From contig JANLPS010000109.1 of assembly GCA_031367385.1 (NCBI GenBank), forward strand, positions 1 to 30,586: a stretch of 30,586 nt of DNA, written 5' to 3'. Below the pieces are notes generated by a model that saw only the letters and a list, made by a program, of their open reading frames with translations, was not told where the DNA came from and searched no databases. This stretch comes from Archangium sp. (GTDB lineage: Bacteria; Myxococcota; Myxococcia; Myxococcales; Myxococcaceae). How positions within the stretch are numbered: position 1 is the stretch's first letter; every line of letters starts with the position of its first letter. A program made the translations under genes and the position numbers. Positions 17,830 through 26,150 of this stretch are shown piece after piece.

Positions 17830-18648
17830 ATGCGGCACGACAGACACAGCGCGATTGGCGTTTTCGATTCGGGCGTCGGCGGGTTGACGGTGCTCAAGGT
17901 GCTCATGGAGCGATTGCCGCTCGAGAGCACCGTCTACCTGGGTGACACCGCTCGGGTGCCCTACGGCACCAAGTCGGGCGAGGTCGTCACCAAGTACTCG
18001 CTGGCCAACGCCCAGATGCTCCTCGAATACGGCGTGAAGTTGCTGGTGGTCGCCTGCAACACCGCTTCAGCCGTCGCGCTCCCGGCCCTGCGCGCGGCGT
18101 TGCCGATACCCGTGGTCGGCGTGATTACCCCCGGCGCCCAGGTCGCCGCCGACACGACCAAGACCGGCAAGATCGCGGTCATCGGTACACAGGGCACCAT
18201 CGCTTCTGGCGCGTACCAAGCGGCCCTCGAGCGCGCCCGGCCGGGCGTCGAAGTGCATACCCGCGCCTGCCCCCTCTTCGTGCCGCTGGCCGAAGAAGGG
18301 TGGCTCGAGGGCGACGTGCCCAAGCTCATCGCCGCCGAATATCTCTCGAAGGGGCTGCTTCAAAACGGCGTCGACACCCTCGTGCTCGGCTGCACCCACT
18401 ACCCGTTGCTGACGTCGATCATCGCCAACGTGGTCGGGCCCAACGTCACCCTGGTCGACTCCGCGAGAGCCACCGCCGAACGCGTCGCCGAGGTGCTGCA
18501 GGAGCGCGACCTGCTCAAGCTCGACCGCACCGCGACCGAGCGCCATTACCTCGTCACCGACACCCCGACCCGGTTCATCGAGGTCGGGCAGCGCTTTCTG
18601 GGGCGCCCGTTGTCAGGCGCGCGCCAGGTCGACTTGCACGTGAAGTAG
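17830..18648 (+). CDS. murI: Glutamate racemase
   Basis: IGVFDSGVGGLTV, DTARVPYG, VACNTAS and LGCTHYP motifs. Confidence 0.96.
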   Translation: MRHDRHSAIGVFDSGVGGLTVLKVLMERLPLESTVYLGDTARVPYGTKSGEVVTKYSLANAQMLLEYGVKLLVVACNTASAVALPALRAALPIPVVGVITPGAQVAADTTKTGKIAVIGTQGTIASGAYQAALERARPGVEVHTRACPLFVPLAEEGWLEGDVPKLIAAEYLSKGLLQNGVDTLVLGCTHYPLLTSIIANVVGPNVTLVDSARATAERVAEVLQERDLLKLDRTATERHYLVTDTPTRFIEVGQRFLGRPLSGARQVDLHVK

Positions 18649-18659
18649 GGGCGGCGCAG

Positions 18660-19469
18660 TTACCGCGACAGCTCGGGCGCCGGCGACTTCGGCTCGCCAC
18701 TCACCGCGGGCGCAATCGCCAAGGCCGCGTCGACGCCGATGTCGTCTTTGCGAGGTATCAGGCCGAAGAGCGCCGTCACCAATCGCTCGGCGTGACGGTA
18801 GAAATTCATCTTCGCGAGCGGCCAATTCAGCCACCCGGTCGTAATCGAGTAGTACGTGTCGAACGGCGCGGCGTGGTGAACCTGGTGGTGCTCTGGCGGC
18901 AACACCATGTGCAGCCGCTGCAGCAGCCGCAACCAGCCCGGTATCTGCGCTTCGTCGAGATGCGCCCACTTGTGAAACTGGTTGGTCATCATCACCCAGA
19001 AGATCATCGACCCCAGGCTGGTGACGAAAAACACCGCCAGGCTCTCGAACCCCGGCACCCCAAGCGGCGTCACCACGCAGATCAACGCGGTGGGTATCGA
19101 GATGAGGCAGTTGTTGCCGTTGGTCTCGATGTAATCGTGACGAGTGATCGCCTTCTGATCGACGTGATGTTCGCGAAAAGGCCGAACCAACGCCTTGCCC
19201 AGAATCGGCATCTCGGTCGAGCCCCAGGTGTCGCCCATCCAGTGCACGAAGCCTGAGATGAAGTCGGCCATGATGAAGCCCGAAAAGAAGGCCGCCACCA
19301 CCAGCCACGGCATCACCGTCGCCCAGGGCCAGACCCGCCAGATCAGCACGCCGACCAGCGCCCAGAACGAAATGATCGAGCCGATCTCGAGCCTGCGCTG
19401 AAAGCTCGAATACCCCGCAGCGAGGCGTGACGCGTCTTGTTGCTCGATCTTCAAGGGTCGTTTGCTCAT
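18660..19469 (-). CDS. carF: CarF/TMEM189-family plasmanylethanolamine desaturase
   Basis: Membrane protein with His motifs DFISGFVHWMGDTWG, FREHH, NQFHKWAH, EHHQVHH, and YSITTGWLN. Confidence 0.9.
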   Translation of the reverse strand: MSKRPLKIEQQDASRLAAGYSSFQRRLEIGSIISFWALVGVLIWRVWPWATVMPWLVVAAFFSGFIMADFISGFVHWMGDTWGSTEMPILGKALVRPFREHHVDQKAITRHDYIETNGNNCLISIPTALICVVTPLGVPGFESLAVFFVTSLGSMIFWVMMTNQFHKWAHLDEAQIPGWLRLLQRLHMVLPPEHHQVHHAAPFDTYYSITTGWLNWPLAKMNFYRHAERLVTALFGLIPRKDDIGVDAALAIAPAVSGEPKSPAPELSR

Positions 19470-19571
19470 GTTCGTTTACCCGCTCGGCCTGGCACGTACG
19501 TCACGGAGTGTGAAGCGGTTTCTCTCATCCCCCGGACACTCGGCAGGGCCAATGAAATCACATTGCCTGCG

Positions 19572-20222
19572 TCAACGCCCGTTAGTGATTGATTTCGCGG
19601 GGTTCGAGCGCTTGCCGCCCTTGAAAAGCTCGACCCGCCCGGCTGGTGACAGCAGGCCTCCGGTGACCGCCACCATCGGGCCGTGCTCCGGGGGGTGGTA
19701 CACGACCCGCAATTTCTTACCCGCGGGCAGGTTGCCCAGGTTGGCGTCGATCACCACCGTGACCTTGGTGCCCGACACCGTCACCCGCTCGCTGTCATGC
19801 CGCGGGTCGAGCTGGGTCAGCAGGTTGGCCCCATCGAGCGAGGTCGCGTCTTCGCTGAACTGCTTGACCAGAATGCGCAGCTCGCCGGTCGGGCTCTCAT
19901 TGCGCAGCTCACGCACGCCTTGAATGACCACCACCAGGTCGGCGCCGTTTTCGGCCGCGGTCGCGTCTTGCAGCTTCACGCCGGTCTGCTTGTCGTTGTC
20001 GGTGTCGATGAACACCGTCGCGTTCGCACAGCGATTTCGGCAGGCCTCACCGAAGGGCGCTTTGTCGAACTCCAGCTTGAGCGAGTAGTCGCTGCCGCTC
20101 GCCGTGACGATCACCTTCGACATGAGCGGCCGATCGTCGTCGGTCGACTCGGGCGGTTGCCACTCGATGACCGGCTTCATGACGGGCGTGACGGCGAGCA
20201 CGGCGGCCAACGTAAAAATCAT
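19572..20222 (-). CDS. Hypothetical secreted protein
   Basis: Signal-like MIFTLAAVLAVTP at ATG 20222, a CxxxC and an IDTDNDKQTG loop; beta-rich. Confidence 0.6.
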   Translation of the reverse strand: MIFTLAAVLAVTPVMKPVIEWQPPESTDDDRPLMSKVIVTASGSDYSLKLEFDKAPFGEACRNRCANATVFIDTDNDKQTGVKLQDATAAENGADLVVVIQGVRELRNESPTGELRILVKQFSEDATSLDGANLLTQLDPRHDSERVTVSGTKVTVVIDANLGNLPAGKKLRVVYHPPEHGPMVAVTGGLLSPAGRVELFKGGKRSNPAKSITNGR

Positions 20223-20280
20223 CGCCACACGATTGCAGAGACCGCTCGTGGGGTCGAGCGCCCGTGCGATGATGGGCGCC

Positions 20281-20943
20281 ATGCCCAGCCAAGCCCTCTA
20301 TGTGCGTCAGCTGCAGCTCGGGCCGATGAAGAACTTCGTGTACCTGGTGGGGGCCCCCGACTCGCCCGAGGTCTGCGTCATCGACCCCGCGTGGGACGTG
20401 CCCGCCCTGCTCCGGGCCGCCGAGGCCGACGGCAAGCGCATCGTCAGCGCGTTTCTCACCCACCACCACGGCGACCACCTCAACGGCGTCAAGCCGCTCC
20501 TCGAGCACCGCGAGCTGCCCGTCTACGTGCAGAAAGCCGAGCTCGAAGTCTCCGAAGTGATTCGAGACTTTGGAGACGTCGTGAAGGCGGTCTCACCCGG
20601 CGAAAAAATCGCAGTGGGGCCGATTTCGGTCACCTGCATTCACACGCCTGGGCACACGCCGGGCTCGCAGTGTCTGCTCTGCGACGACGCGCTGGTCTCT
20701 GGTGACACGGTGTTCGTCAACGCCTGCGGTCGCTGCGACTTGCCCGGCGGGAGCGTGGAGCAGATGTTCGACTCGCTCCACCACGTGTTGGGCAAGCTCC
20801 CGGCCTCGACCGCGCTCTACCCAGGGCACGACTATGGAGACGTCAAGACCTCGACCCTCGAGCGCGAACGCGCGCACAACCCGTATCTGCAACTGCATGA
20901 GCTCGACGCCTTCGTCGGCCTTCGCACCCGGCCGCGGCGGTGA
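20281..20943 (+). CDS. Metallo-beta-lactamase-fold hydrolase (glyoxalase II-like)
   Basis: THHHGDH, HTPGHTPG, SGDT, GRCDLPGG and YPGH motifs; start placed at ATG 20281. Confidence 0.9.
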   Translation: MPSQALYVRQLQLGPMKNFVYLVGAPDSPEVCVIDPAWDVPALLRAAEADGKRIVSAFLTHHHGDHLNGVKPLLEHRELPVYVQKAELEVSEVIRDFGDVVKAVSPGEKIAVGPISVTCIHTPGHTPGSQCLLCDDALVSGDTVFVNACGRCDLPGGSVEQMFDSLHHVLGKLPASTALYPGHDYGDVKTSTLERERAHNPYLQLHELDAFVGLRTRPRR

Positions 20944-20981
20944 CTCGAGACGATGCAATCGAAGCGTGCTAGCGCCGACTC

Positions 20982-21356
20982 ATGAAACGATTGGTCATGG
21001 TCAGCGTCGTGTGTCTCGCCTCGCTTTCGTGCAGAAAGAAAGCTGAAAACGTGCCGCCCGGCGAAGCCTACGGCTGTATCGGCCTGGTGAACGGCGCAGA
21101 AATCAACTGCAGCGAGCTCGATGCCGACACCACCGCCGACCAACGAATCGCTTTCGCGACGGCGTGCACCAGCGATCGGGTCAAGCGCTTGAGCGGGCGT
21201 GTGGTTCGCCACTGCAGCGGCGACGTGGCGGCCTCGTGTGCGTTGCCGGCCGAAAAAGTCACCCAACGCTTCACCAAAGCCCAGGCCAGCGACGGGGCTC
21301 TGCAAGGGGCGCGGCTCGGGTGCAAGATGCGCGGCGGCACTTTCAGCGAGCCTTGA
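20982..21356 (+). CDS. Small Cys-rich lipoprotein
   Basis: MKR plus hydrophobic stretch and lipobox-like SLSC (Cys17). Six further Cys; ends CKMRGGTF. Confidence 0.7.
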   Translation: MKRLVMVSVVCLASLSCRKKAENVPPGEAYGCIGLVNGAEINCSELDADTTADQRIAFATACTSDRVKRLSGRVVRHCSGDVAASCALPAEKVTQRFTKAQASDGALQGARLGCKMRGGTFSEP

Positions 21357-21365
21357 AGGGAGCTG

Positions 21366-21695
21366 TCAGTCTTCGAAGGCGCTTCTGTTTCTCAGCTGCT
21401 CGGCTTCGCAGGCGCGCGCCTGATTATTTATCGCACCCATCGTTCCAAATCGGGCCCCGACCGCCCCGCCAACCGCGGCGAAGGCCGCCGTGGCGAACCA
21501 ACCCGGCGGGCCGCTGATGACTTCGAGCGCGACCCCGACTGCGACCAACGCGCCTCCAGCGGCGCCTCCCAACGCACCGACAGTCGCGGCGGTACTCACA
21601 GACGTCTTCATCGCTTCAGGGCTACACGCCGACGCTGGCTTGGCTGCTGCGGGGGCGGGGCGGGGGGCGGCGGCTGCTCTCGAGGTGGCGTTCAT
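21366..21695 (-). CDS. Small glycine-zipper membrane protein
   Basis: SD GGAG about 6 nt before ATG. Ala/Pro-rich N-terminus and two GxxxG-rich hydrophobic segments joined by GPPGW. Confidence 0.65.
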   Translation of the reverse strand: MNATSRAAAAPRPAPAAAKPASACSPEAMKTSVSTAATVGALGGAAGGALVAVGVALEVISGPPGWFATAAFAAVGGAVGARFGTMGAINNQARACEAEQLRNRSAFED

Positions 21696-21801
21696 GGTCG
21701 GCTCCGGCTCAGGGTGAAAGGCTCTTGGTTATCTCAGGGGTGCGCACAAGAGTTGTCAGTGCGCGCTCGCTCGGGCCCGACGCAGGTCGCTGAGGGGTGG
21801 C

Positions 21802-21827
21802 AAAAACAAAGTTAGATCAATGACTTG
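21802..21827 (+). promoter_or_regulatory. IHF-like binding site
   Basis: gATCAAtgacTTG (21815-21827) matches WATCAANNNNTTR except at the first base. It is preceded by the A-tract AAAAACAAA. Confidence 0.45.
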
Positions 21828-21865
21828 CCAGGGCGCCGATGCTCTCGAAAAGATGACGAAGTCGT

Positions 21866-22449
21866 TCATTTCTCGACCGGCGCTGGCTGGCGCCTGGGCG
21901 CCATCGGGGGGTGCTTGCGGCACGCCTTGGGCTTCTGCCCCGCGGGTCGCACCACGTACACCGCCGCATATTCATCAGCGTTCGCGCGCAGGTACGCCTG
22001 CAGCCCGGTTTCGATGACCTTGCCCGCATGGTGATCGCCGACCACCCACCGGCCGTCGCCCGACGCGATGCCGACGTGCCACACCCACATGGGCACGCCT
22101 CGACCGAGGTGAGTGCGGGCTCGGCCGGGTTTTGAACCGGCGACATCAGCATCACCACGTCGCCTGGTTTCAGGAGCGAAATCTCGAGCTGTGCGCTCAG
22201 CACACCCGTAGCCCCGTCGACTGGCGCCCCGAGCGCACGGCTGGTGACCAGCTCGGTCGGGTTGACCGAAAAGCTCTTCCACCCGCAGCCTGAGACACGC
22301 TCGGCCGCCGCAAGCACCACGCCGAGGCAGTCGATGCCCTCGTTCTTTCTGAGCCGGCCGCCCCACTCATACGGCCGCTCGAGCAGCTCACGCGCCGCCT
22401 CGACCCCAGGGGCTTGCTGCAGAACCAGACAGAGCAGGGCGGTGAGCAC
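21866..22449 (-). pseudogene. NlpC/P60-like secreted cysteine hydrolase split by a 1-nt frameshift (or a sequencing error)
   Basis: The 5' frame gives PYEWGG...GIDC...LKPGDVV. The 3' frame gives WHVGIASGDGRWV. Adding one G at ~22098 joins them as TSVEGVPMWVWH. Confidence 0.75.
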
Positions 22450-22476
22450 GTACGCGACTCTAGACGCCACGCCCGC

Positions 22477-22510
22477 AAAGAAAAAAGCCGAGGCCACGAA
22501 GGCCCCGGCT
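22477..22510 (-). terminator. Rho-independent terminator of the OmpA operon
   Basis: Minus strand AGCCGGGGCC-TTCGT-GGCCTCGGCT followed by TTTTTCTTT, about 20 nt after the OmpA-gene stop. Confidence 0.85.
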
Positions 22511-22531
22511 GATTGCGGTCACTGCGTCTTG

Positions 22532-23449
22532 TTACCTGGCGCTGACTTGCGCCGGCTGAATCACGATTTCGACGCGGCGGTTGTTGGCGCGGTTCTCGGC
22601 CGTGTTGTTGTCGACCAGCGGGCGGCTCGAAGCCAAGCCGACGGCGGTGATCTTGCTCGAATCGACGCCCTTGGTAACCAGGTACTCACGCACCGCGTTC
22701 GCTCGGTTGAGCGAGAGCGGCTTGTTGGTCGCGTCTGAACCCTGGCTGTCAGTGTGGCCTTCGACGATCATTCGCTTGTCATCGCTCTGTGCCTTGAGGG
22801 CCTCGGCGACCTGGTCGAGCTTGGTCTTGGCCGTCTCGAGCAGGGCGTACTTGCCCGACGCGAAGAGCACGCTGCCGCTCAACGTGATCACGACGCCGCG
22901 CGCCTCTTCCTTGACTGCCGCGATCGCCGCGAGGTCCTTCATCGCTCCGGCGAGCTTGGCTTCAGCCGTCATGCGCGCCTGCTTTTCGGCCTCGAGCTGG
23001 GCGGTGGTGTTGGCGAGGTCTTTGTCTTTCAAGGCGCCATTGTTCTTCTCGGCCTCGAGCTGCTCGCGGGTCTTGACCAAGCCCGCCTGCAGGTCCTTCA
23101 TCTGCGTGTCGCGAACGACCACGCCCTGCTTGACGGCTTCGGCGATGCGCTGACGGTCGAGCTCGGTGCGGGCTTTGACCTCAGCCAACTCAATCTTGCG
23201 CTTGGCGATGTAGGAGTAGTCGCGCACTTCGGCCGTGTCGCCCTTGTCTTCGAATTCTTTGTTGGCCTTATCGAGCACCTTCTTGGCGTCGTAAAGCTCA
23301 GTGGGGGTCAACTTCGCGGCCAGGCCGTTGCTTGACACGTTGTAGGCCTCGCGCGCCTCGACCAACTGGGGCGGCGTGACGGTCGCGCAGCCGCCCAACA
23401 GGCCGAACAGCGACAGTCCAATAACGACGTTTTGCGGTTTGAAGTTCAT
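22532..23449 (-). CDS. OmpA-family lipoprotein (DUF4398-like N-domain, coiled coil, OmpA C-domain)
   Basis: Lipobox LLGGC; OmpA motifs VLFASGK, VEGHTDSQG, LSLNRANAV and NRRVEI; SD AAGGA. Confidence 0.9.
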   Translation of the reverse strand: MNFKPQNVVIGLSLFGLLGGCATVTPPQLVEAREAYNVSSNGLAAKLTPTELYDAKKVLDKANKEFEDKGDTAEVRDYSYIAKRKIELAEVKARTELDRQRIAEAVKQGVVVRDTQMKDLQAGLVKTREQLEAEKNNGALKDKDLANTTAQLEAEKQARMTAEAKLAGAMKDLAAIAAVKEEARGVVITLSGSVLFASGKYALLETAKTKLDQVAEALKAQSDDKRMIVEGHTDSQGSDATNKPLSLNRANAVREYLVTKGVDSSKITAVGLASSRPLVDNNTAENRANNRRVEIVIQPAQVSAR

Positions 23450-23478
23450 GGTGTGTCCTTGAAAGAGTGAAAGGTGGG

Positions 23479-23829
23479 TTACGGAAGCGTGCGGGCCTTG
23501 ACGGCCTTCAGGTCTTCCGAAGCGCGCTCGGCGTCATTATGGGTCGTGACCTCACGGGCCATGCCCAACGCAAGCTCGGCATCGGCTTCAGCGCGGGCGA
23601 GCACCAAGACCGCGCGCTCATCACCGTTGCCGGCCATGCGCTTGGCGGCTTCGGTCTGGTCTTTGGCCATCTGCAGGTGCAGGCGAGCGGCCGGCACTGC
23701 CGACGCTCCCATTTCTTCAGCAGCGCGAACGCTTGCTTCGCTGCGCTCAAGGCGATCAGCAGGTATTTGAATCGACGCGCAGCCAGTGATTGCAAAGGCG
23801 GCGAGCGCCGTAATGGTTTTCTTGAACAT
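23479..23829 (-). CDS. DUF4398-family lipoprotein
   Basis: SD AAAGG then MFKK, lipobox ITGC, and SVRAAEEMGA...RAEADAELA; typical partner gene of such OmpA lipoproteins. Confidence 0.8.
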   Translation of the reverse strand: MFKKTITALAAFAITGCASIQIPADRLERSEASVRAAEEMGASAVPAARLHLQMAKDQTEAAKRMAGNGDERAVLVLARAEADAELALGMAREVTTHNDAERASEDLKAVKARTLP

Positions 23830-23848
23830 GGGTTTGCCTTTCAAAACT

Positions 23849-24001
23849 TCAGGAGAGAACTTTGCGGCCCTGGATCAAGCGAATCGCCAGCACGACGACG
23901 GCGACCACGAGGAGGATGTGGATGAAGCCACCCAGCGTGTACGAGCTGACGAGGCCAACGGCCCAGAGAATGAGGAGCACAGCGGCGATGGTGAAAAGCA
24001 T
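23849..24001 (-). CDS. lmo0937/DUF5670-family small membrane protein (50 aa)
   Basis: MLFTIAAVLLILWAVGLVSSYTLGGFIHILLVVAVVVLAIRLIQGR; SD AAAGGA upstream. Confidence 0.88.
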   Translation of the reverse strand: MLFTIAAVLLILWAVGLVSSYTLGGFIHILLVVAVVVLAIRLIQGRKVLS

Positions 24002-24243
24002 GGAGATGTCCTTTCGAACGGGTTCGATCGAGGGTTGAGAAAGAAGGCAATGCCTCGGAGCGCGCCGCCGGAGTCGACCGGAAGCCACTTCGCGCCTTGC
24101 CAAAGGTTGGGGGACTGGAGCTGCAACGACGTGATGTGCAACCCAAGATTGCAATCGTGCGGCCAGCACGAGTCCCCGCGAATGGAGGGGTTGCACGAAG
24201 GCACACCACGCCGGACCGCCACACTGGGCACGCGCTGCGCGAA

Positions 24244-24966
24244 TTACGCCGCGACGGCCGCTGGCACTGAAACCTTCTTGGCTTCGGCGCGCGCAGTGAC
24301 CGCGAGCCACGCCCCGACGACCAGAATCACCAGGCTCAGCACCGTCCAGAAGAAGGCCCAGATGATCGCTGGCACCACCGTGACGTTGGCCAGCAACTGC
24401 GCGTCACTCTGCGCGCGCACCGCGCCGTTCCACAGGTCGTCTTTGAGGTCCATCGCGGCATAGAGGGCGGTGAAGGTCGCCAGAAAGAGGTTCAGCGCAC
24501 CGACGAGGTTGGCCGGCAGGTACCGGGCTCCAAGCCCGAACATCGCGGCGAAGCCCGTGCAGAAGGCGAGGGTGAAGACGTCGCGCGCATAGAAGAGGGC
24601 CATCACGCTCAGCCAGACACACGCTGCTCCGAGCATCAGGCGGCGGGCGTTGAAGCGAAAGGTCAAGACCAGCAGCATCACCGAGATGATCGCGCTGCCG
24701 ACGTACCCCGCAGAATACACCATCGTCTTCGCGAAGAACCCGTCGGGCATCGTCGACAGGCAGGCCCCAGATTGATCGGCGGCCAGGGTGACCTTTTCGA
24801 CCGACCCTCCCACCAATAGCGACGCGAGCGCGTGACCCGTCTCGTGGCCCATCACCGCCAGCAACTTGAAGGGGAGCAGCGCCGCGGTCTCCCAGAAGAA
24901 GACCGAGGCCACGATGATGCCGACCATCAACGCCAGTCGGCCGAAGTGAAGCTGTGAGGAGGGCAT
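24244..24966 (-). CDS. M50B-like intramembrane metallopeptidase
   Basis: HETGH zincin motif, SAGY and SDAQLLA motifs, multiple TM helices; start placed at ATG 24966. Confidence 0.85.
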   Translation of the reverse strand: MPSSQLHFGRLALMVGIIVASVFFWETAALLPFKLLAVMGHETGHALASLLVGGSVEKVTLAADQSGACLSTMPDGFFAKTMVYSAGYVGSAIISVMLLVLTFRFNARRLMLGAACVWLSVMALFYARDVFTLAFCTGFAAMFGLGARYLPANLVGALNLFLATFTALYAAMDLKDDLWNGAVRAQSDAQLLANVTVVPAIIWAFFWTVLSLVILVVGAWLAVTARAEAKKVSVPAAVAA

Positions 24967-25012
24967 GGGGCTTTGTAAAAACAGTACCCCGAACGCCGAT
25001 GTTCCGCCCTGA

Positions 25013-26074
25013 CTAGAGGCCCGGCACGCCCGTGCTGCCGCAGAATACATCGCGGTCGAGCTGCCGCGCCGCCTGGGCAAACTTGGCTGGCAGGCTGCGC
25101 AACACCGGGTAGTCACGGAGCAATTCGTTCAGGTCTTTGTGGGTGAGCACCGAGACCGTGGCGAACTCCGGTGTGAAGATGCGCATCTTCGAGGGCAAGC
25201 CCGACATCGCGCAGGTCACCGCCAGAAACTGCCCGGTGGTCGCCTCGAACTGCTTGGGCTGGCCGCCCATCTTCGAGCGTTCTTCGAGAATGACTTTGCC
25301 GTGCGTCACGACCGCGATCAGGTTCGCGACTTCGCCCGGGTTGAGCAGGGCCTCACCCGCCGCCAGGTCGCGATTCTTGAACCGGCCGATCAGGCGAGCG
25401 CGGGCGATCGAGTCGATGTCTGAGAAGAGGTTCGTCGACATCAACGCTTCGAGCAGGCGCTCACGAAAGAACTGCAGCACCCGGGTGTGAAGAATGTCGT
25501 CGCGCTCGAGCAGCGATTGCAGCTTCTCGCCAGAGATCTCCAACACGATGGAGTCGCCGATGGCCCGGGCCGAGGCCGCTCGCAGCTGGGCCGAGAAGAG
25601 GCCGAACAGACCGATCGCCTCGGTGCGGCCCACGTGGCGCAACGCGACTTGCCGGCCTTCTTTCTCTCGAACGATCTCGAGCGTGCCGTCGACCACCACG
25701 AAGAACGACGCGGCGTCTTCGCCTTCGGTGAACAACAGCTCACCATCGGGTATCTCGAGCTGCATCGCTCCGTCGACCAGCGTTTGCAACGAAGGGCGTG
25801 AGAGGTCTTTGAACATCGCGACCTGCGAGAGCGCCAGCAGCGCCACTTCACGGTCAGCGGGTACTTCAGAGAAGATCGGCACGTCGTCAGGCACCGGCTG
25901 CGGAGCGGTTCGCGGCTCGAGCGCCTCGGCGCGCAGCTTGACCTGCTTGGCTTCGCGCTCAACGTCTTGAATGACGTCGTAGGGTATGAGTGACGGCTTC
26001 AGCATGGGCGGCTCGATGGGCACGGCCACTCGGTGCCGAAGTCGAGGCGCCGGATGTGGAAGGTTGTCATTCAT
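25013..26074 (-). CDS. Tandem cyclic-nucleotide-binding-domain protein
   Basis: LFTEGEDAASFFVVVDGTLEI...RAASARA, plus a second degenerate CNB domain; no HTH. The exact start is uncertain. Confidence 0.82.
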   Translation of the reverse strand: MNDNLPHPAPRLRHRVAVPIEPPMLKPSLIPYDVIQDVEREAKQVKLRAEALEPRTAPQPVPDDVPIFSEVPADREVALLALSQVAMFKDLSRPSLQTLVDGAMQLEIPDGELLFTEGEDAASFFVVVDGTLEIVREKEGRQVALRHVGRTEAIGLFGLFSAQLRAASARAIGDSIVLEISGEKLQSLLERDDILHTRVLQFFRERLLEALMSTNLFSDIDSIARARLIGRFKNRDLAAGEALLNPGEVANLIAVVTHGKVILEERSKMGGQPKQFEATTGQFLAVTCAMSGLPSKMRIFTPEFATVSVLTHKDLNELLRDYPVLRSLPAKFAQAARQLDRDVFCGSTGVPGL

Positions 26075-26150
26075 GAGTCTGAACGGTGTATGGAACTTGG
26101 CTACTTTGCGTCAAGGTCACGGCCAGCATGCTGATCTTGCTTAGAAAATC

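Noticed and set aside
21866..22449. Programmed ribosomal frameshift in the NlpC/P60-like gene
   Set aside because: There is no slippery heptamer at the junction; a simple 1-nt deletion explains it.
22532..23449. OmpA-domain lipoprotein as Pal
   Set aside because: It is too long, has an extra helical/coiled-coil region and lies in a separate operon from tolB.
24002..24120. sigma54 promoter for the OmpA operon
   Set aside because: The TGGCAAG and AGGCATT candidates lack a correctly spaced -12 GC.
26088..26145. Possible ECF (GGAACTT...GTCAA) or sigma54 promoter before mobA
   Set aside because: The ECF spacer is only 11 nt (about 16 expected), and there is no correctly spaced GG-N10-GC.
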